Shown one piece after another: positions 49,664 to 62,691 of a DNA stretch of 64,000 nucleotides (the first letter of the stretch is position 1; every line of letters begins with the position of its first letter). The translations under genes were made by a program, and so were the position numbers. The stretch spans positions 217,012 through 281,011 of the forward strand of contig NC_057754.1 of NCBI RefSeq assembly GCF_004010195.1, given 5' to 3'. This DNA is from Chiloscyllium plagiosum. Lineage: Eukaryota. The notes under the pieces are model-generated. The model worked only from the letters and a program-made list of their open reading frames with translations. It had not been told where the DNA came from and ran no database searches.

Positions 49664-50822
49664 CATAGAGACGTACAGCATGGAAACAGACCCATCGGTC
49701 CAACCCGTCCATGCCGACCAGATATCCCAACCCAATCTAGTCCCACCTGCCAGCACCCAGCCCATATCCCTCCAAACCCTTCCTATTCATATACCCATCC
49801 AAATGCCTCTTAAATGTTGCAATTGTACCGGCCTCCACCACTTCCTCTGGAAGCTCATTCCATACATGTACTACCCTCTGTGAAAAAGTTGCTCTGTAGG
49901 TCTCTTTTATATCTTTCCCCTCTCACCCTAAACCTATGCCCTCTAGTTCTGGACTAGTGCTCATCCAAATATTTTTTAACGGTTGTCAGGTTACCGGCTC
50001 CACTACCTTCCCCGGCAGTGCATTCCAGATTCCCACCACCAGTTGAGTGCAATGTTTTTTTCTTAAATTCCCTCTGAAACTCCTGCCCCCTTGTGATTGA
50101 CCCCTCAACTGAGAGGAACAGCTGATGTTTAATCGCCATGCCGTTGCTCCTCACAATCTTAAACACTTCAATTGTGTCCCCCCTCACTCTTGTCTGCTCT
50201 AGAGAAAACAATCCAAGCCCATCTAGTTTGTCCTTATAGTTCAACTTTACCATCCCAGGCAACATGCTGATGAATCTCCCCTATAACCTCGTATTAGTTT
50301 AGGGGCCTGGTCCCTTGAACATTGAGCTATGAATCTCAGGCTTGTAGTCCCAGTCCTGTAGCTCAGATCCTCTAACCCTGGCAACATCCTTGTAAATCTT
50401 TTCTGAACCCTTTCAAGTTTCACAACATCTTTCCGATAGGAAGGAGACCAGAATTGCACACAATATTCCAACAGTGGCCTAACCAATGTCCTGTACAGCC
50501 ACAACATGACCTCCTGTACTCAATACTCTGACCAATAAAGGAAAGCATACCAAACACCTTCTTCACCATCTCATCTACCTGCAACTCCACTTTCAAGGAG
50601 CTATGAACCTCCACTCCAAGGTCTCTTTGTTCAGCAACACTCCCCAGGACCTTACCATTAAGTGTATAAGTCCTGCTAAGATTTGCTTTCCCAAAATGCA
50701 GCACTTCGCATTTATCCGAATTAAACTCCATCTGCCACTTCTCAGCCCATTGGCCCATCTGATCCAGATTCTGTTATAATCTGAGGTAACCCTCTTCGCT
50801 CTCCACTACATCACCAATTTTG
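49664..50822 (-). mobile_element. CR1 LINE 3' fragment of the same family as 53470-54794, with a different CR1 fragment at ~49955-50270
   Basis: 49664-49955 and 50356-50822 are near-identical to parts of the 53470-54794 copy. The middle segment translates to a more divergent CR1-like peptide. Confidence 0.85.
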
Positions 50823-51589
50823 ATTAAAAGGTGAGCGACAAAAGAAGCAAGGGTCATCGTGAAACCAGTGAGTGGTTCAGATTCAAGTTCAGAAAGTATT
50901 GCTCAAGGATGTGGTCAAAGTAGGTTCAATTGTAGTTTCCAAAGCAGAAATGGATAATTACCTGCAGAAAAATGATATGCAAGACGACAGGGAAAAGGCA
51001 GGAATTGAAAGCAGCTCAATGCTCTGGCACAGACTAGCATGGAAGGAACAGGCTAAATGGCCTCCAGCTGTGCTTTAACCAATGTATGATTCAAAGAAAT
51101 TATCCAATGGAAACCAATATATACATTGAATAAGGGGCAAGCTAGGTGAGGAAAATGCCTAGGTGATCCTCCCCTCCACAGTTAAGTACAGGGTTCTCAG
51201 CCCAAAGCACCTCACCTCTTCCCTGCTACCCCCTTCTACCACACTCCTTAACACAACTCTTTCTACTGATCAACTGCTAACCTGAGCCCAGCAAGTCTGT
51301 ACAGCTATTCTCAGTCAGCTGGTGAATCCTTCCACCGTAGGACTTGTATTTACAGAGCTCGGGAGCAAATTGCTAGAAAATTCAAGAAGCCATTCACAGC
51401 CTATCAAACCCCACCTTGCCATTCAGAATCAATTGCGTTCTCAGTTCCCAGTCTATGAAACTGCACACACGTATCTCACTAGTGACAGAAAATTAATGTT
51501 TGTTCTAACCTGTTAAATGTACTCATCACAAATACCTATCGATTCTTAGTTCTACTATGCTGCAAGTTCATTGTGGGCTAGGATCATCT

Positions 51590-51667
51590 GCTGCGCTTTT
51601 CCAGCGATTCTCCTGCTCCTTGGATGCTGCCTGACCTGCTGCGCTTTTCCAGCAACACATTTTCAGT
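51590..51667 (+). mobile_element. Short Penelope-derived insert with an 11-bp TSD
   Basis: TSD taggatcatct at 51579-51589 and 51668-51678. Body GATTCTCCTGCTCCTTGGATGCTGCCTGACC... Confidence 0.75.
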
Positions 51668-52109
51668 TAGGATCATCTCAAGTCAATTCCAGGGTCAGGG
51701 AAATACAGATAGTAAGAAAAGAGAATGTCACTACACGAACTCAACATGACTCCTCAGACAGCACCTTCCAAATCAACAACCACTTGCATCTAGTAGGACA
51801 AGAGTAGCAGATACATGCGAACACCACCCACTGCAAGTTCTCCTCCAAGACACTCACCATCCTGACTTGGAAATATATCGCTGGATCAAAATTCTGGAAC
51901 TCCCTCCCTAATGGCATTGTGGGTGTCCCAACAGTAGAAAGACTGCAGTGGTTCAAGAAGGCAGCTCACTATCACTTTTACAGGGGCAATTAGGAATGGA
52001 CAATGATGTCCAGCCAATGATACTCACAGCCCATAAAATAATTTGAAAATTCAAATGTGAAATGTTGCTTTGCAGAGTGCGAGCTTTGAAAGAACTTTGA
52101 AAATGATGC

Positions 52110-52460
52110 AGACCCTCCAACCACATGGCATCAACGTCGACTTCCGTTTCCTCATCTCCCCTCCCCCCCACCTTATCCCAGATCCAACCATCCAACTCGG
52201 CATGACCTGTCCTACCTGTCCATCTTCCTTTCTACCCATCCGCTCCAACCTCCCGTCTGACTTATCACCATCACCCGCTCCACCTGTATCTACCTATCAC
52301 TTTGCCTGCTACCCCACCCCTACCTTCCTATTTTCTCTCAGTCCCCTTCCCCCTAACCCCCCACATTCCTGATGAAGGGCTTATGCCCCAAAACGTCGAT
52401 TCTCCTGTTCTTTGGATGCTGCCTGACCTGTTGTGTTTTTCCAGCTCCACATTTTTCAAC
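52110..52460 (+). mobile_element. Penelope-like 3' fragment ending in a mutated HHR
   Basis: CTGATGAAGGGCTTATGCCCCAAAACGTCGATTCTCC at 52369-52405, preceded by a C-rich 3' UTR like the one at 61890-62110. Confidence 0.7.
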
Positions 52461-52814
52461 GAAGAAAAGGATGCTTCATCTCAAACTCCCCACCTGCTAC
52501 ACAACTCTTCGTAAAATGGATGCTCTCTACTAACCTTAAGCATGTTTCTATTGGTCTCAGCATTGTTCACAGCCATGCTCAGTGACATCAAGGTATCAGA
52601 CTGAGACAGAGAGACACAGATCTTGATATTGAACTCTATCTTTCTTTTCATGTCTGTGTTGAACATTTATCTTACACATGGAAGCTCAGACCAGCCAAGG
52701 CCAGAGGTCAAATAGAGACCATACAGCTTCATTAGCAGTGGGGGATAGTCACCTTGAAATGAATGCATTCACATGTCCACTGCAGCATGCAGTCCTCACC
52801 ACATCTCAGGGTCA

Positions 52815-53010
52815 GCTGTAGCCCAGTGGTCAGCACAATCACCTCTCAAGATTTCCAGTTCAAATACCATTTCAGGACTTGAGCACAACAATCAAGGCTG
52901 GTGCTCCAGTGCAGTACTCAGGGAGCACTACACCATCAGAGATGCCAGTTTTCAGATAGGATGCATAACTGAGGCGCCAACTCCCTGCTTTCGTGATGCA
53001 ATATGACACA
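52815..53010 (+). mobile_element. Ancient DeuSINE-type (SacSINE1/AmnSINE-like) remnant; related copies at ~13125-13260, 1540-1640, 35300-35530 and 42770-42880
   Basis: Decayed ccagtgcagtactgagggag...tcagaggtgcc...tttcagat core; family assigned from a recalled consensus. Confidence 0.55.
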
Positions 53011-53469
53011 ACACAAAGAAAATTGACAATCCAGTTCACTATTTAGGTGCTGGTGGTGACAGACTGAGAAATTTACCAGATGAGTAATCCAGAGACACTG
53101 GCTAATGCTCAGGCACAAATCCCACCATAGCAGCAGATGGATTAACTTAGTAACCATGGAACTGAACGCTAGTTTCAATGATGGTGACCATGAAACTATC
53201 ACTGATTCTCATAAACTCCCACCTGGTTCACGAATGTCCTTCATGGAAGAAAATATACTATGCTCATTTGGTCTGGCTGACATGTTACTTCAGCAATATG
53301 GTTGACTCTTAACTGCCCTCTGACATGGCCAAGCAAGTCATAGTTCAAAGGCTATTAGGGTTTGGGAAACAAATATTTCTCTTAGCAGTGACTGCCACAT
53401 CCCACAGCGGAATATTTAAAACAATCCCATTGTAGCTTGCTGTACACATTTTACCACTTCACAACAGTG

Positions 53470-54794
53470 ACTTAGTCACAGAGATGTACAGCATGGAAAC
53501 AGACCCTTCAGCCCAACTCGTCCATGCCGACCAGATATCCCAACCCAATCTAGTCCCACCTGCCAGCACCCGGCCCATATCCCTTCAAACCCTTCCTATT
53601 CATATACCCATCCAATTGCCTCTTAAATGTTGCAATTGTACCAGCCTCCGCCACTTCCTCTGGCAGCTCATTCCATACACGTACCACTCTCTGCGTGAAA
53701 TAGTTGCCCCTTAGGTCTCTTTTATATCTTTCCCCTCTCACCCTAAACCTATGCCCTCTAGTTATGGAATGCCCCACCTCAGGGAAAAGACTTTGCCTAT
53801 TAACCCTATCCATGCCCCTCATAATTTTGTAAACGTCTAGGAGGTCACCCCTCAGCCTCCGAAGCTCCAGGGAAAACAACCCCAGCCTGTTCAGCCTCTC
53901 AGAGTAACTCAAATCCACCAACCCTGGCAACATCCTTGTAAATCTTTTCTGAACCCTTTCAAGTTTCACAACATCTTTCCGATAGGAAGGAGACCAGAAT
54001 TGCACACAATATTCCAACAGTGGCCTAACCAATGTCCTGTACAGCCACAACATGACCTCCCAACTCCTGTACTCAATACTCTGACCAATAAAGGAAAGCA
54101 TACCAAATGCCTTCTTCACTATCTCATCTACCTGCGACTCCACTTTCAAGGAGCTATGAACCTCCACTTCAAGATCTCTTTGTTCAGCAACACTCCCTAG
54201 GACCTTACCATTAACTGTATAAGCTCTGCTAAGATTTGCTTTCCCAAAATACAGCACCTCGCATTTATCTGAATTAAACTCCATCTGCCACTTCTCAGCC
54301 CATTGGCCCATCTGGTCCAGATCCTGTTGTAACCCTCTTCGCTGTCCACTACACCTCCAATTTTGGTGTCATCTGCAAACTTACTAACTGTACCTCTTAT
54401 TCTCACATCCAAATCATTTATGTAAATGACAAAAAGTAGAGGACCCAGCACCAATCCTTGTGGCACTCCACTGGTCACAGGCCTCCAGTCTGAAAAACAA
54501 CCCTCCACCACCACCCTCTGTCTTCTATCTTTGGGCCAGTTCTGTATCCAAATGGCTAGTTTTCCCTGTATTCCATGAGATCTAACCTTGCTAATCAGTC
54601 TCCCATGGGGAACCTTGTCGAACGCCTTAGTGAAGTCCATATAGATCACATCTACTACTCTGCCCTCTCAATCATCTTTGTTACTTCTTCAAAAAACTCA
54701 ATCAAGTTTGTGAGACATGATTTCCCACACACAAAGCCATGTTGACTATCCCGAATCAGTCCTTGCCTTTCCAAATACATGTACACCCCGTCCC
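53470..54794 (-). mobile_element. CR1-clade LINE (HER1-like), 5'-truncated and relatively young; RT C-terminal part
   Basis: ORFs 54197-54649 ([25 protein letters not shown]) and 53550-54311 (LVRPLLEYCVQFWSP, RVWNELP), separated by one frameshift. The 3' UTR is present. Confidence 0.92.
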
Positions 54795-56765
54795 TCAGGA
54801 TAAAAGGCCAAGAAAAGAGGAACGAAAGTGAAAATCTCCTGTGATAAACCGCAAAATCACTTCCTCATCAGCATGAAGTCTCAGCAAGGTTCGTTGGCAA
54901 ATGCCTATTGAAGGTCCCACTTTGTAAAAACAAGGCCACAGTGTATTGATCTGGGGAAGAGGCCTTTCAAACACCAACAGCCTTCCTGGACCCTACCTTC
55001 ATGTCTGTGCGTTGGGTCTCTCTCTTGCCCTTCGCGAGGGTTAGTTCCACGACCAAAGAATCGGTGTTTACAGTTCAGGTGAAACAAGATGAAATCTCGA
55101 AGCAGTTAAGAGCAGCCCCACCCCAGTCAGGCAGTGGAATCTCAGAGGTAAAAGACTGCAATCCTGGCTGCTGCCCTGAAAAGGTGCGGCCCTTTAGTTA
55201 AACACTTCTCACAGGATTACACGTTAACGTTTCGCGTCTACAGGTGCAGGAAGTACAAAAGGTCCAGAAACCAACATGAAAGTTCCACTTCACCAGCAAA
55301 GCGATCGGGATCCAATTACCAGCAAATCACTGAGGCTTTCACCGTCATTGTGAAAGGTGAGGCACTGAGCTCAGTTTCAAACTGCAATAATGCCTCCGAA
55401 AGTTTTATCATTTCCCAGTGTCACGGGGTCACGGCTCAAACTCGGCACCTTGGCAATACGAAAGCCCAGAACTCTAGAGATTGTGAGCGATGATAAGCTG
55501 TAAGCAGAGTGTACACTGGGTGCTACAGAGGTTGTAAAGATTGTCAGGAAGTGCCAAGAGTCGAACTTAGACCTGCCCGAGAGCACAAATTCAGGGGAAG
55601 AGGAGTACGTGTAACATTAACTCATTCACCGCCTGAACCATACAGGCATGCAAAACTTCATTACAGATAATTTCAAACATTCCTCATGGCATTTCGGAAC
55701 TCAAATCAAGGCTGGTACTGCCAGTCCTGTATAATGGGGGAAAAAACATTCAGAGATTCACAACTTGGCAGGTGGAACCACAAAGAGGGTCAGTCAATAG
55801 GGTTGGGAGTGAGAAGGGGGCAGGACATAAACAACACACTGCTGAGGGATGGGGGGAGGACTGTGATAGGACAGTGGGGCAAGATACCAACAGAGGTGCA
55901 GGGCAGAGTGCTTCAAGCTGTGGTAGGACTGATAGGGGGAACTCGGCATTTCTTCAAAACTACTCCAAAACTTCAACAGTGCAAATACAACTGTATTTCG
56001 CCAAAGTGACCTTTCGTGGATGGTCTCACACACACAGTTTGACCAGGAATGGCATCACCACAGAGGCTAGCCCTTTGCTCACATTCCGAGACTGGCACTG
56101 ATTGGGCATGGGGGCATATCTTTTCCTCTACAGAACAAGACTGAGCACTCCTCAAAAGAATTTGGTTGGCTACAAAGTTCAGGGACAGCAAATGGTCATG
56201 AATGCCATTCTCCAAATGTACACCTTTGCTTCTTTTACCATTAGAGATGCGGAGCTCTACTTTAGGCAGCCAGATATCAGCCAAGGCATGACAAAGGAAG
56301 GATGGTGGTGGTGGTCAGTGAGGTCGCATGGGTTTATATGAGAGAGATCAACATCAAGGTGTGTCTTTTAATGATTCACTGCAAGACTAAATCTTGCTAC
56401 TGACCAGAACTTCAGGTTAAACTATCAGGGAAATGGGGGCAGCACAGAAAGAGAGGGAGGTTATGAGGAGCGGCAGGGAGAGGAGAGAGGGAGGAGCAGG
56501 GAAGGAAGGAGATAGTGAGAAGTGAAGAGAGGGAGCAGGTGGGGGTAGACAGAGACAGATTGGGCATCAAAGTGAGGGGGCAGCAAGGAGAGAGGGGAAA
56601 GTCAGAGAGTGAGGGATAAAGATAGAGAGAGGGAGGGGCAGAGATAGCGTGGCAGAGAGACAGCACCTGGCAAGAGGCAGATTGACAGAAACAGTAAGAC
56701 TTCCACCTATCAGTTGCTATTCAGTAACCCCACCATGCCATGACCTGCCTGTACACAGAAGTCGG

Positions 56766-56880
56766 AGTTGAAAAGTGAGTCAATTCTCCTACTCTTCGGA
56801 TGCTGCCTGACCTGTTGCGCTTTTCCAGCACCACACGTTTAGACTCTGACTGTCCAACATCTGCAGTCCTCACTTTCTCC
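56766..56880 (+). mobile_element. Short Penelope-derived insert
   Basis: GTCAATTCTCCTACTCTTCGGATGCTGCCTGACC...CTGCAGTCCTCACTTTCTCC; same family as the 27134 insert. Confidence 0.7.
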
Positions 56881-57654
56881 TGGCTGCATATGGAGGTCAG
56901 TCAAGGGAGAATCAGCAACCTTAGAATGCCCTTTTAATCCTAATTATTTTGAACTTCTAGAAAGTGATTGATATTTGAAGCACAGACAGTAATTTGGTAA
57001 GAAAGGGAATGAGAAATGGACAAGAAGGGGAATACAAAAAACATTTGAAGTTTTAATCTGAATGATGACCGCTAACAAAGAACTTTCAGAACTGAATGTC
57101 ACCATCACAACATGCATCTGTCAAGCTGATTGCTTCATTCCAGGGGTACGTCCCGAAATATCCAACCTTGGCCAGAACAGGAACAGCCAATATCCTTCCA
57201 ATTGCTAATTTATCAGATAGCCCAGATTTGCACAAACCAAATCTCTATTTTTACAGCCAGAATTTCCCAAGATAACACTTTCCAAAGTACCCCATAGTGA
57301 CAGAGCCGCGCCAGAAACACCCTCAACCAAGCCTGTACATTGAAACTCTCTTATCAAACATGAGAACCATTGAACAATTATAGACCATAAGACCCATGGA
57401 TTTGTAGCTACTCTCCACAAAACCAGTTCACTGACTTGCACTTCATCTGCCCTAACCTTGCAAATCCTTTCTACTTCAGATAACGTTCCAATTCACTTTC
57501 AGAAGTTTGAAATTACATGGCAACTGGGTGAGAGATGGAGGGCAAGGCAGGGTGTTCAAATCCTCTTCAACTAAGCTGCCCCATAGCTCAGAAATTCAAT
57601 CTACACCACTGAACCACACAAGCTCCCACATCTGGACCTACATCTATGTCAGGT

Positions 57655-58595
57655 TAGATGATTTATTTAAACGATTTGGATGAGAATATAGGAGGAATGG
57701 TTAATAAGTTTGCAGATGACACCAACATTGGTGGTATAGCGGCCAGTGGAGAAGCTTATCCAAGATTCCAAAGAGACATTGAGAAATTAGGTCAATGGGC
57801 CAAGGAGTGGCAGATGGAGTTTAATTTGGATAAATGCAAGGTAAAACAAACAAGGGCAGGACTTATACAATTAATAGTAGGGTCCTGGGTAGTGTTGTAG
57901 AACAGAAAGACCAAGGGGTTAAGGTACATAATTCGTTGAATTTTGTGTCAAAGATTGACAGGGTGGTTAAGAAGATGTTTAGAACACTTGCCTTCATTGG
58001 TCAGAACTTTGAGCATAGGAGTTGGGACATTATGTTGAGGTTATACAGCACATTGGTGAGGCTTCTTCTGGAGTACCATGTGCTCTCTGGTCACCTTATT
58101 ATAGGAAGGATATTAAGTTGGAGAGGGTTCAGAAAGGATTTACCAGGATGTTGCCAGGAATGTTTGCATTATAAGGAAAGGTTGGATAGGCTGGGACATT
58201 TTTCACTGGAGTGCAGGAGGTTGATGGGTGACCCGACAGAGGTTTATAAAATCATGAGGGCATTGAGAAGGTGAATAACAAGGGTCTTTTCCCCAAAGTG
58301 GGGGAGTTCAAAACCAGGGGGCATATTTTTAAGATGGGAGGAGAAAGTTTTAATAAAGACATGAGAGGCAACTTCTGTTTTTACAGAGTGGTTTGTGTGT
58401 GGAATGAACTGCCATAGGAAATGGTGAATGCAGGTAGTTACAACATTTAAAAGGCATTTGGATAAGTACATGAATAGGAAAGGTTTGTAGGGATATGGGC
58501 CAAACACAGACAAGTGGAACTAGTTTAGTTTGGGAACATGGTTAGCATGAACTATTTAGCCAAAAGGTCTGTTTCAGCGCTGTATGATTCTATGT
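57655..58595 (+). mobile_element. CR1 LINE 3' fragment
   Basis: IYLNDLD...KFADDT...WAKEWQMEFN; ends in the 3' UTR tgtatgattctatg. Confidence 0.85.
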
Positions 58596-60329
58596 CAGGG
58601 ACTAATAGTCAGGAACACTGCACTGAATTTCATTATACAGAGTGGAGAGGATCATCCCAACTCCTAATCAATACACCATCATTCTCATTTGGAAACTAGC
58701 CATCGGTAGCATCCACCCTAGACTAACCTCCACAAGATGAGGAGCTTTCCTGTATAATTGATGCTTGTCTTTGTGTGGTTTCCGGAGACCAGCCGACACA
58801 GTTTGCTCCTGCTCTCACAACTCTCAACAACAATGCTTAGCCACTGGCAACACAGGCACGATCCCATGAAGGAAGGCAATACTCACAGGGAAGAGAGGGA
58901 GGGATAAAACAGGAGGAACACCAAAACAGCAGGGAAGCTGTTAAAACTTTCCTCTTGAACAATTCAAGAGGGAATGCTGCCGAATCAGGCTCCAAATTTA
59001 AATGTATACTCTTCCATTCGGATAGCGGCAAAGATTCCTCCCTGGCTCCTTTACACAGTCCCATTAACAGCAGCCTCAAACAAAACAACTACCCGAGCAC
59101 CAGTTCCCACATGAGCAGTCAGACCCAAATATCACATTATAGCATAGAACACACCCCCATAGGAAATGGCTGAAGCAAACAGATTGGATGTTTTCCAAAG
59201 GAAATGAGAGGAGTACGTGAGAGAAAGGAATATAGAGATATGTGGTCAGGCTGGGATAGAGACAGCTAGTGGAACGAGAAGAGACAGGTTTACATTAGAA
59301 ATGCCAATACAGACTGGATGACCAGGCTGAATGGCCTGCGTTTATGTGGTAGAATCCATACAATTCCACTGAGGTAGAGTCTGAGAACTGATGCTAAATC
59401 AGACATGGACACAACATGTGGACAATACAAGTGCTATACAATCAACAATGGCAGGAGTGTGCAGTTACAGTCTGAAAATTGGCAGTTAGTGGAGGTTGAC
59501 ATTTGTAATCAAGGTGCAGGCATATCAGTGTGATCTTTACTACATGGGTGACCAGTTTCAGAGTATGACCACTGTCCTGGTTAACTGTTCCTTTGTGAGG
59601 GGAGGGAACACAAAGTCATCAAAGCAGCTTATCATTTGCTGCATTACCAAGACCAATGCTTTCAAGTCTCTAGGTCCTAAGAAATTCAAACTAGGCCGAG
59701 TTACCAGGGCTATATATAGTCTCATCATCAGTGGAGTGGGCAACTCAACTATACACTGAGCAAAACAATTTTCTACAAAATTGGTTTACAAAACAGGTTG
59801 AGGAATGACATACACATGCTTAAGGTTGCTAATGGTTACTGGGTTTTCGTCAGCATACATCATCCTTCAGAAATCTCACAGATGTATTGCTTACATCTTC
59901 TCCATAGATCACAACAACAATTCACTCACATCCTGGGTTTGAGAAAGAGTGTTTGTATATGCTTCCCGGGTAAGATCAAAATCATCGTGCAAAAACAAAA
60001 GATCAGATTACACTTCTTTTGGGATCCTGGTTTTTAGGTGGGGCTCTCACAAGCACAATCTCTTACTGGGTGGGTTTCAGTAGAGTCCCCTGTCCCAGGG
60101 AAGGGAAATCACCGACAGCAAGGGTGCAGAAGGGACAGGAAAACTGGTGGATCAGCCTGAATCCATACATTCCATGAAGCCCGAGACCTAGGAGAACGAT
60201 CAAGAGTCTGTACCTACCAGGGATGGTTCAGTACACTTATGGAGCATAAAACCAGAAGAAACAGGAACAGAAGTAGGCTATATTGAGTCCATCGAGTCTC
60301 CTCTGCTATCCATTTAGAACATTAGGGAC

Positions 60330-62210
60330 AACACGTGATCTTCCGTCTGGGCAGCCTATAGCCCTAGAAGACTCAACGCTGTTCTCCAATTTCAAATAAC
60401 CGTCCCACCCATTCCCCAACTCCCTTTCCAACCAGCCTCCTCCCTTCTATTCCTCCAACCGATCCTTCCCTCCAACTAAAATATCCCCCATTCCACTCTT
60501 CTTTCCCTCTCTCAACTACTTCCCCCCACCACACTGCATCCAACCCTCACCCATCACATACTATCACCCTTACCCGCCCCCCACTCCTTTAGCCGCCCCG
60601 AGATCACTCCAAAACCCAACCCCTGAGCCTTGCCACATATTCACCACCCCCCGATCTCCAACTCTGAGGCCAAATGGTCTGTCTTCAATAAAGGGCTCAT
60701 GTTTGTGCCCCTCTGCCCCCACCTTAGCGAGTTCTGTGCCCACCATGACGTGGCATTCTTCTTCTGCCACCTCCATGCCTTCGCCTTCAACAAAGACTCC
60801 CAATCACCCTCAAAAGGATCTTCCCTACCTCCAACCTTCCTCTTCCACTCCCAAGCATCCCAGCTATCTACCTATTTTAAACAATGTGCTTTTAGATATT
60901 AGATTACCTACAGTGTGGAAACAGGCCCTTCGGCCCAACAAGTCCACACCGACCCTCCGAAGATCAACCACCCATTTACCCCTGACTAATGCACTAACAT
61001 TATGGGCAATTTAGTCTGGCCAATTCACCTAAGCTGCACATCTTTGGACTGTGGAAGGAAACCGGAGCACCCAGAGGAAACCCACGCAGACACGGGGGGA
61101 GAATGTGTAAACTCCACACAGACAGTTGCCCAAAGCGGAAATTGAACCCAGGTCCCTGACACTGTGGGGCAGCAGTACCACCATGCCACCCTAGTCATCT
61201 AGACAGCCCTACACCGCACCTTCTCCATTCCCTGCTACACTGCTCTAAACCCTCCCCCCTCCAAACATAATAAAGACAGGGTCCTCCTTGCCCTCACTTT
61301 CCATCCCACCCATCGACACATCCAACAGATCATCTTTAAATACTTCCGCTAATCCCACCTAGACCCCACCACCAACAGCATCTTCCGCTCCCCATTCCTC
61401 TCTGCCTTCCGCAAGGACCATTCCCTTCACTACCACTGGTTCACGCCACCCTCCCCACCAACGCCCCTGATACCTTCTCCTGCAACCGTACAAGATGCAA
61501 AAGCTGCTGGCACGTGACCTCCCTCACCTCTATTCAGGGCCCCAAACAGTCCTTCCAGGTAAGACAGGGCTTCACCTGCCTCTCCTCCAATCTAGTTTAC
61601 TATATCCAGTGCTCCCAACGTGGTCTTCTCTAAATCAGTGGGACTAAACGTAAACTAAGGGCACATTTCGCCGAGCGTCTCAGCCAGGCCCATAAAAGCC
61701 AGCCTGAACACCTCCCAACTGCCCATTTTAATTCCATTTCCCATTCCCTCTCCAGCATATCCATCCTCGGTTTCCTCCACTGCCACAATGAATCAGACCG
61801 CAAACTGGAGGAACGACACCTCATCTTCCACCTGGGCAGTCTACCGCCCACAGGACTCAACATGGAGTTCTCCAATTTCAAATAACCTTCCCACCCATCC
61901 CCCGACTCCCTTTCCAGGCTCGCCACCTCTTTTCCATTCCTCCAACCAATCCTTCCCTCCAGCTACCAACTGGATTCATTCCTCCTATTGACTAATCAGA
62001 TCGCACCCACTACCTGTATTTACCTATCACTACCTCACCACTCCGTCCCTCTCCACACCCATAATCTTTCCCATAACCACCCCCACCTTTTTCTGCAGCT
62101 CCTACCCCACTTCCATTCCTGAAAAACGGTTATACCTGAAACGTCAACTTCTCCACCTCCTGATGCTGCCTAGCTTGCTGTATTTTTCCAGCCTCCTGAT
62201 TGTCTGCATC
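60330..62210 (+). mobile_element. Internally deleted, decayed Penelope-like element with partial-tandem structure, interrupted by a SINE
   Basis: The segment at 60330-60400 recurs at 61815-61890. N-terminal motif SVFNKGLMFVPL near 60680. GIY-YIG remnant FTCLSSNLVYYIQCSQRGLL*IS.TKRKL..HFAE at 61570-61680. Degenerate hammerhead-like tail at 62115-62150. Confidence 0.75.
60893..61191 (-). mobile_element. HE1-like V-SINE
   Basis: Same head, core and tail as the 20208 copy. Confidence 0.85.
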
Positions 62211-62378
62211 CAATGAGATTGTGGCTGATCTGATCATTCTCAATTCCACTTTCCTACCTTTCCCCCACAGCCCTTGATTCCCCTTACTGATTAAAAATCT
62301 GTCTATCTCAGCCTTTAATATACTTAACAACCGTGTCTCAACACCCCTCTGCAGTAATGAATTCCATAGATTCATTAT

Positions 62379-62691
62379 GGGCGGCACAGTGGCACAATGG
62401 CTAGCACTGCTGCCTCACAGCGCCAGAAACCCGGGTTCAATTCCCGCCTCAGGCGACTGACTGCGGGGAGTTTGCATGTTCTCCCCGTGTCTGCATGGGT
62501 TTCCTCTGGGTGCTCCGGTTTCCTCCCACAGTCCAAAAATGTGCAGGTCAGGTGAATTGGCCATGCTAAATTGCCCGTAGTGTTAGGTAAGGGGTAAATG
62601 TATGGGTGGGTTGCGCTTCGGCAGGTCGGTGTGGACTTGTTGGGCCGAAGGGCCTGTTTCCACACTGTAATGTAATCTAATCTAATCTAAT
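62379..62691 (+). mobile_element. tRNA-derived V-SINE (HE1-like), full length
   Basis: GGGCGGCACAGTGGCACAATGG...GGTTCAATTCC...V-core...(TCTAA)3; close to the 20208 copy. Confidence 0.9.

Noticed and set aside
53550..54649. CR1 ORFs as an active or domesticated RT gene
   Set aside because: The copy is 5'-truncated and frameshifted, and near-identical to other dispersed copies in the window.
62379..62450. tRNA-like sequence with A and B boxes (also 20445-20516)
   Set aside because: These are heads of tRNA-derived SINEs, followed by the V-core and LINE-like tail.
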